DNA of 64,000 nt from Alphaproteobacteria bacterium (GTDB taxonomy: Bacteria; Pseudomonadota; Alphaproteobacteria; SMXQ01). The position numbers were made by a program, and so were the translations under genes. Shown here piece after piece: positions 62,758 to 64,000 of the stretch. Where the stretch lies: assembly GCA_046297835.1 (NCBI GenBank), contig JBKBHI010000002.1, positions 7,376 to 71,375 on the forward strand, in the 5' to 3' direction. Within the stretch, counting starts at the first letter, position 1. Every line of letters starts with the position of its first letter. The notes beneath the pieces are model-generated. The model was not told where the DNA came from, searched no databases, and saw only the letters and a list, made by a program, of their open reading frames with translations.

Positions 62758-63081
62758 CTATTCAAGTGATTTAAGAAACGCGATTAAGTCTTCAATTTGA
62801 TCAGCCTCGAAGCGAAACTGAGGCATGCTTGGGTGGCCTGTTGAAATACCTTCGGCAAAAGATTCCTCTAAGTTTTCGACTGGGTAACGCTTGTGTAGGT
62901 CGCGAAAAGGCGGCGCAATTGAGCTTGGGCTGGGTCCAGCTTTATTGATGGAATGACATTCCGCGCAATGCGTCTTGACGAGCATGAGTCCGCGCTCAGT
63001 GTCTGAAGACATCTCGGCTGCAACTGGCGGGGCAACAAGAATGCATATGATGGTTAATGAACTCGAAAGATAAGCCTTCAT
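62758..63081 (-). CDS. class I c-type cytochrome (signal peptide plus CxxCH)
   Basis: 107 aa. Signal peptide, haem-binding CAECH, and a distal Met (GHPSMPQF). GC ~47% against a ~65% background. Confidence 0.8.
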   Translation of the reverse strand: MKAYLSSSLTIICILVAPPVAAEMSSDTERGLMLVKTHCAECHSINKAGPSPSSIAPPFRDLHKRYPVENLEESFAEGISTGHPSMPQFRFEADQIEDLIAFLKSLE

Positions 63082-63185
63082 AAATATCCTCTTTCTGAGC
63101 TGTGGCAGGTTCGACGCGCGTCCGCTCGCAGCATCGTCCCGGGTGATTACGTAATAATAAGAGATCTGAGAATTTTCATCTCTCA

Positions 63186-63415
63186 GTGCGACGGAGAGAG
63201 CGCAAAATGCAGCGCTTTAAATCTCAGGGCCAAGCTCAGCGCTTCGTCGCCGCGCACGGCGCCATCCACAATATCTTCAACGTCCAGCGTCACCTGATTT
63301 CCCGCCCTGCCCTACGCACTTTTCGGGCTACCGCCATGGACAGATGGATGGCCGCCTCCGCCGCCAGCGCGTGAATTTTCGCTCACAGGTTCTTGCGCGG
63401 TCAGCGTATTTAACC
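63186..63415 (+). mobile_element. second IS6-family 3'-end fragment (transposase C-terminus plus right IR), direct repeat of 62520-62748
   Basis: FKSQGQAQRFVAAHGAIHNIFNVQRHLISRPALRTFRATAMDRWMAASAASA plus terminal tatttaacctgaca. About 85% identical to the first copy's 3' end. Confidence 0.65.
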
Positions 63416-63419
63416 TGAC

Positions 63420-64000
63420 AGCTCCGTGACCGCTTCCGAAGATTGGGCCAACCGAAGATTGGATCAATTCGCCATCTTTTCGCTGTAAGAACAGCGCATT
63501 GAGCCCCTCTTTTTGCGCAAGCGCCATGCCTGCCAGAGGGCTGAGAACCAAGAGTGCGGTGGCCCACGCGTCAGCATCCATGCAGCTTTCGGCAAGGACC
63601 GTGACAGACGCTGTTCCATTATCGATGGGGCCGCCGCGCGCACGGTCCATGGTGTGCGACATGCGCTTTCCTCCGAGATCGACCCAATGGCGATAATCGC
63701 CCGAGGTAGCGATCGCCGCATCACGCAATTCGAGCACACCTAGCGGGCTGCGCATTTCATAGTCAGGCCGCTCCACCGCCACGATCCATGGCGTTCCGTC
63801 TGCCTTGACGCCTTGCGCTTTCAGCTCTCCATCGAGACTGACCAGCGCATGAGAAATGCCGAAGGCCCTCACGGTCCTTACCATCTCGTCCACTGCGAAG
63901 CCCTTGGCAATGCCTGAAAGATCGAGAACGAATGGCGCATGTTTGCACGCCCTCTTCCTCAGCAAATCTAGCTCTAGTACCGTGTGGGTCGGCGGCATCT
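63420..64000 (-). CDS. apbE: ApbE-family FAD:protein FMN transferase, partial (N-terminus beyond window; 3' end fused into IS-derived sequence)
   Basis: Read as LDLSGIAKGFAVD, ATSGDY, and an HxxD-like region (MSHTMDRARGGPIDNG). The track ORF continues through the IS fragment to 63312. Confidence 0.65.

Overview
High-GC (~65%) proteobacterial chromosomal segment, probably alphaproteobacterial (Hyphomicrobiales-like). The first ~15 kb is a complete chemotaxis locus on the + strand: a LuxR-type response regulator, two paralogous MCPs, cheW, a cheA with a fused C-terminal receiver, cheY, cheB, cheR, a second cheY, a CheZ-like phosphatase and a terminal 352-aa protein with no recognisable domain. 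Positions 15-34 kb carry a mosaic of transport and catabolic genes. These include an ABC importer (fused permease and SBP) together with a Rieske oxygenase and cupin, gamma-glutamyltransferase, a TctC/Bug solute-binding protein, an LVIVD-repeat propeller, FAH, VOC/extradiol-like proteins, an SDR, RidA and a TauD-like dioxygenase. An ABC-2 exporter pair follows, then a full-length Lhr helicase (1453 aa). Positions 40-51 kb hold a paralog-rich catabolic cluster: two tandem orphan SBPs, two tandem two-domain VOC proteins, a ThDP enzyme, a cupin, TctC, a class II aldolase, a D-2-hydroxyacid dehydrogenase and GST. From ~52.3 kb the window becomes accessory. It starts with a tRNA-like 3' fragment and an AT-rich spacer, followed by a low-GC tyrosine integrase and an FkbM methyltransferase abutting an intact tRNA-Leu(TAA). 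Next come a thermonuclease, a small protein and a DEDDh exonuclease trio, then more catabolic genes with a third TctC and a LysR regulator. The window ends with a decayed IS6-family element plus a second IS6 end fragment flanking a low-GC c-type cytochrome, and a 3'-disrupted apbE at the window edge. No CRISPR array or rRNA was seen. Every call comes from reading motifs in the supplied translations and the DNA. No database search was run.
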